DNA from: an uncultured bacterium
Lineage (GTDB): Bacteria; Chloroflexota; UBA5177; JANWHV01
Direction: 5' to 3'
DNA: 64,000 nucleotides
NCBI GenBank assembly: GCA_963729625.1
Contig: CAVSOU010000014.1
Location: 5,096-69,095, forward strand
The first letter of the stretch is position 1; each line of letters opens with the position of its first letter. The position numbers and the translations under genes were made by a program. Positions 63,344-64,000 of this stretch are shown in pieces. The notes beneath the pieces were generated by a model. The model worked only from the letters and a program-made list of their open reading frames with translations, made no database searches and was not told the origin of the DNA.

Positions 63344-64000
63344 TCATCCGCCTGACCGCGCGTAGCGCCTCCCCAATGTGCTGAGGGCAACGGCTACTAC
63401 CAGCAGGCCTCCCGACAACATGTACTGAGCGAACGTCGAGGTACCAACGATAGCCAGCCCGTTGAATCCGACCGCCACGGTGATCACGCCGATGGCCGTC
63501 CCTACCACGTGGAACTGGCCGTCGCGCAAGGCCGCCGAACCCAGGAAGGCGGCGGCATACGCTTGCAGCATATAGGCGTCGCCGGCGGTTGTGTCTCCAC
63601 TGCCCAGGACAGACGCGGTCAAAATGCCGGTGGCGGCCGCGCAGACGCCCGCTATCGCGAAGGCCGCGATGCGCACGCCGTCCACACGGATGCCATAGCG
63701 CCGCGCGATGTCCGGATCGTCGCCTACTGCCCTGAAATGCTGGCTGAAAATCATGACATTAAGCAAGTACCAAGCCAGGGCAAGCACGACGAGCATGATG
63801 ATGATGGGATTCGGAATCCCCAGGGTGCTCCCCAGGCCGATTTGCACGAAGGACTGCGCAGAGGTCTTCAGGTCGACCGGGACGCCACCAGTGTAGGCAT
63901 AGTTGAGTCCGACGATCAGCGTTCCGGTGCCCAGCGTAGCAATGAACGCGTTCACACCGAGCTTCGTCACGATGAATCCGTTGATCAGACCTATTACAAC
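63344..64000 (-). CDS. Sugar ABC transporter permease (RbsC/XylH-like), N-terminus outside window
   Basis: A multi-TM sequence whose ORF stays open to the window edge. It sits upstream of the ATPase on the same strand. Confidence 0.75.
   Translation of the reverse strand, partial: VVIGLINGFIVTKLGVNAFIATLGTGTLIVGLNYAYTGGVPVDLKTSAQSFVQIGLGSTLGIPNPIIIMLVVLALAWYLLNVMIFSQHFRAVGDDPDIARRYGIRVDGVRIAAFAIAGVCAAATGILTASVLGSGDTTAGDAYMLQAYAAAFLGSAALRDGQFHVVGTAIGVITVAVGFNGLAIVGTSTFAQYMLSGGLLVVAVALSTLGRRYARSGG

Overview
High-GC bacterial chromosomal window with frequent GGAGG-type ribosome-binding sites and Pro/Thr/Ala-rich linkers in secreted proteins. This style fits Chloroflexota or Actinomycetota, but taxonomy cannot be fixed from the sequence alone. 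No rRNA, tRNA, CRISPR array or intact mobile element was recognised. Gene content from left to right:

- (1) A sugar-acid / mannoside utilisation locus: kdgK, eda, an enolase-superfamily dehydratase, a GntR-type regulator, a CUT1-type ABC importer and a GH38 alpha-mannosidase. All three ABC importer genes are broken by at least 12 frameshifts.
- (2) A ~10-kb island (12.4-22.8 kb) of four large signal-peptide proteins built from repeats and PT-rich linkers. Three of them share a ~140-aa C-terminal module.
- (3) A partial myo-inositol catabolic cluster: IclR regulator, iolB, iolD and a TIM-barrel isomerase.
- (4) Housekeeping and signalling genes: cfa, an EamA transporter, a CheC-like protein, an HDOD protein, trxA, a patatin-like lipase and an MbfA-like iron transporter.
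- (5) A surface-glycan cluster: SDR epimerase, PIG-L deacetylase, rfbF, three GT2 genes, a flippase and GH26, followed by galM.
- (6) A DUF342-PilZ protein, mpg, a CorC-type protein, prs, glmU, cvpA, a PadR regulator, two tandem PAP2-family membrane proteins, a cyclase-family protein and part of a second sugar ABC system.

The most unusual region is the secreted-protein island. It contains 6-unit arrays of a 44-aa HAF-like repeat, a catalytically degenerate trypsin-like domain, a Cys-paired seven-bladed BNR-type propeller, a duplicated 138-bp leader cassette and the shared C-terminal module. All functional calls come from motif reading only; no database searches were run.
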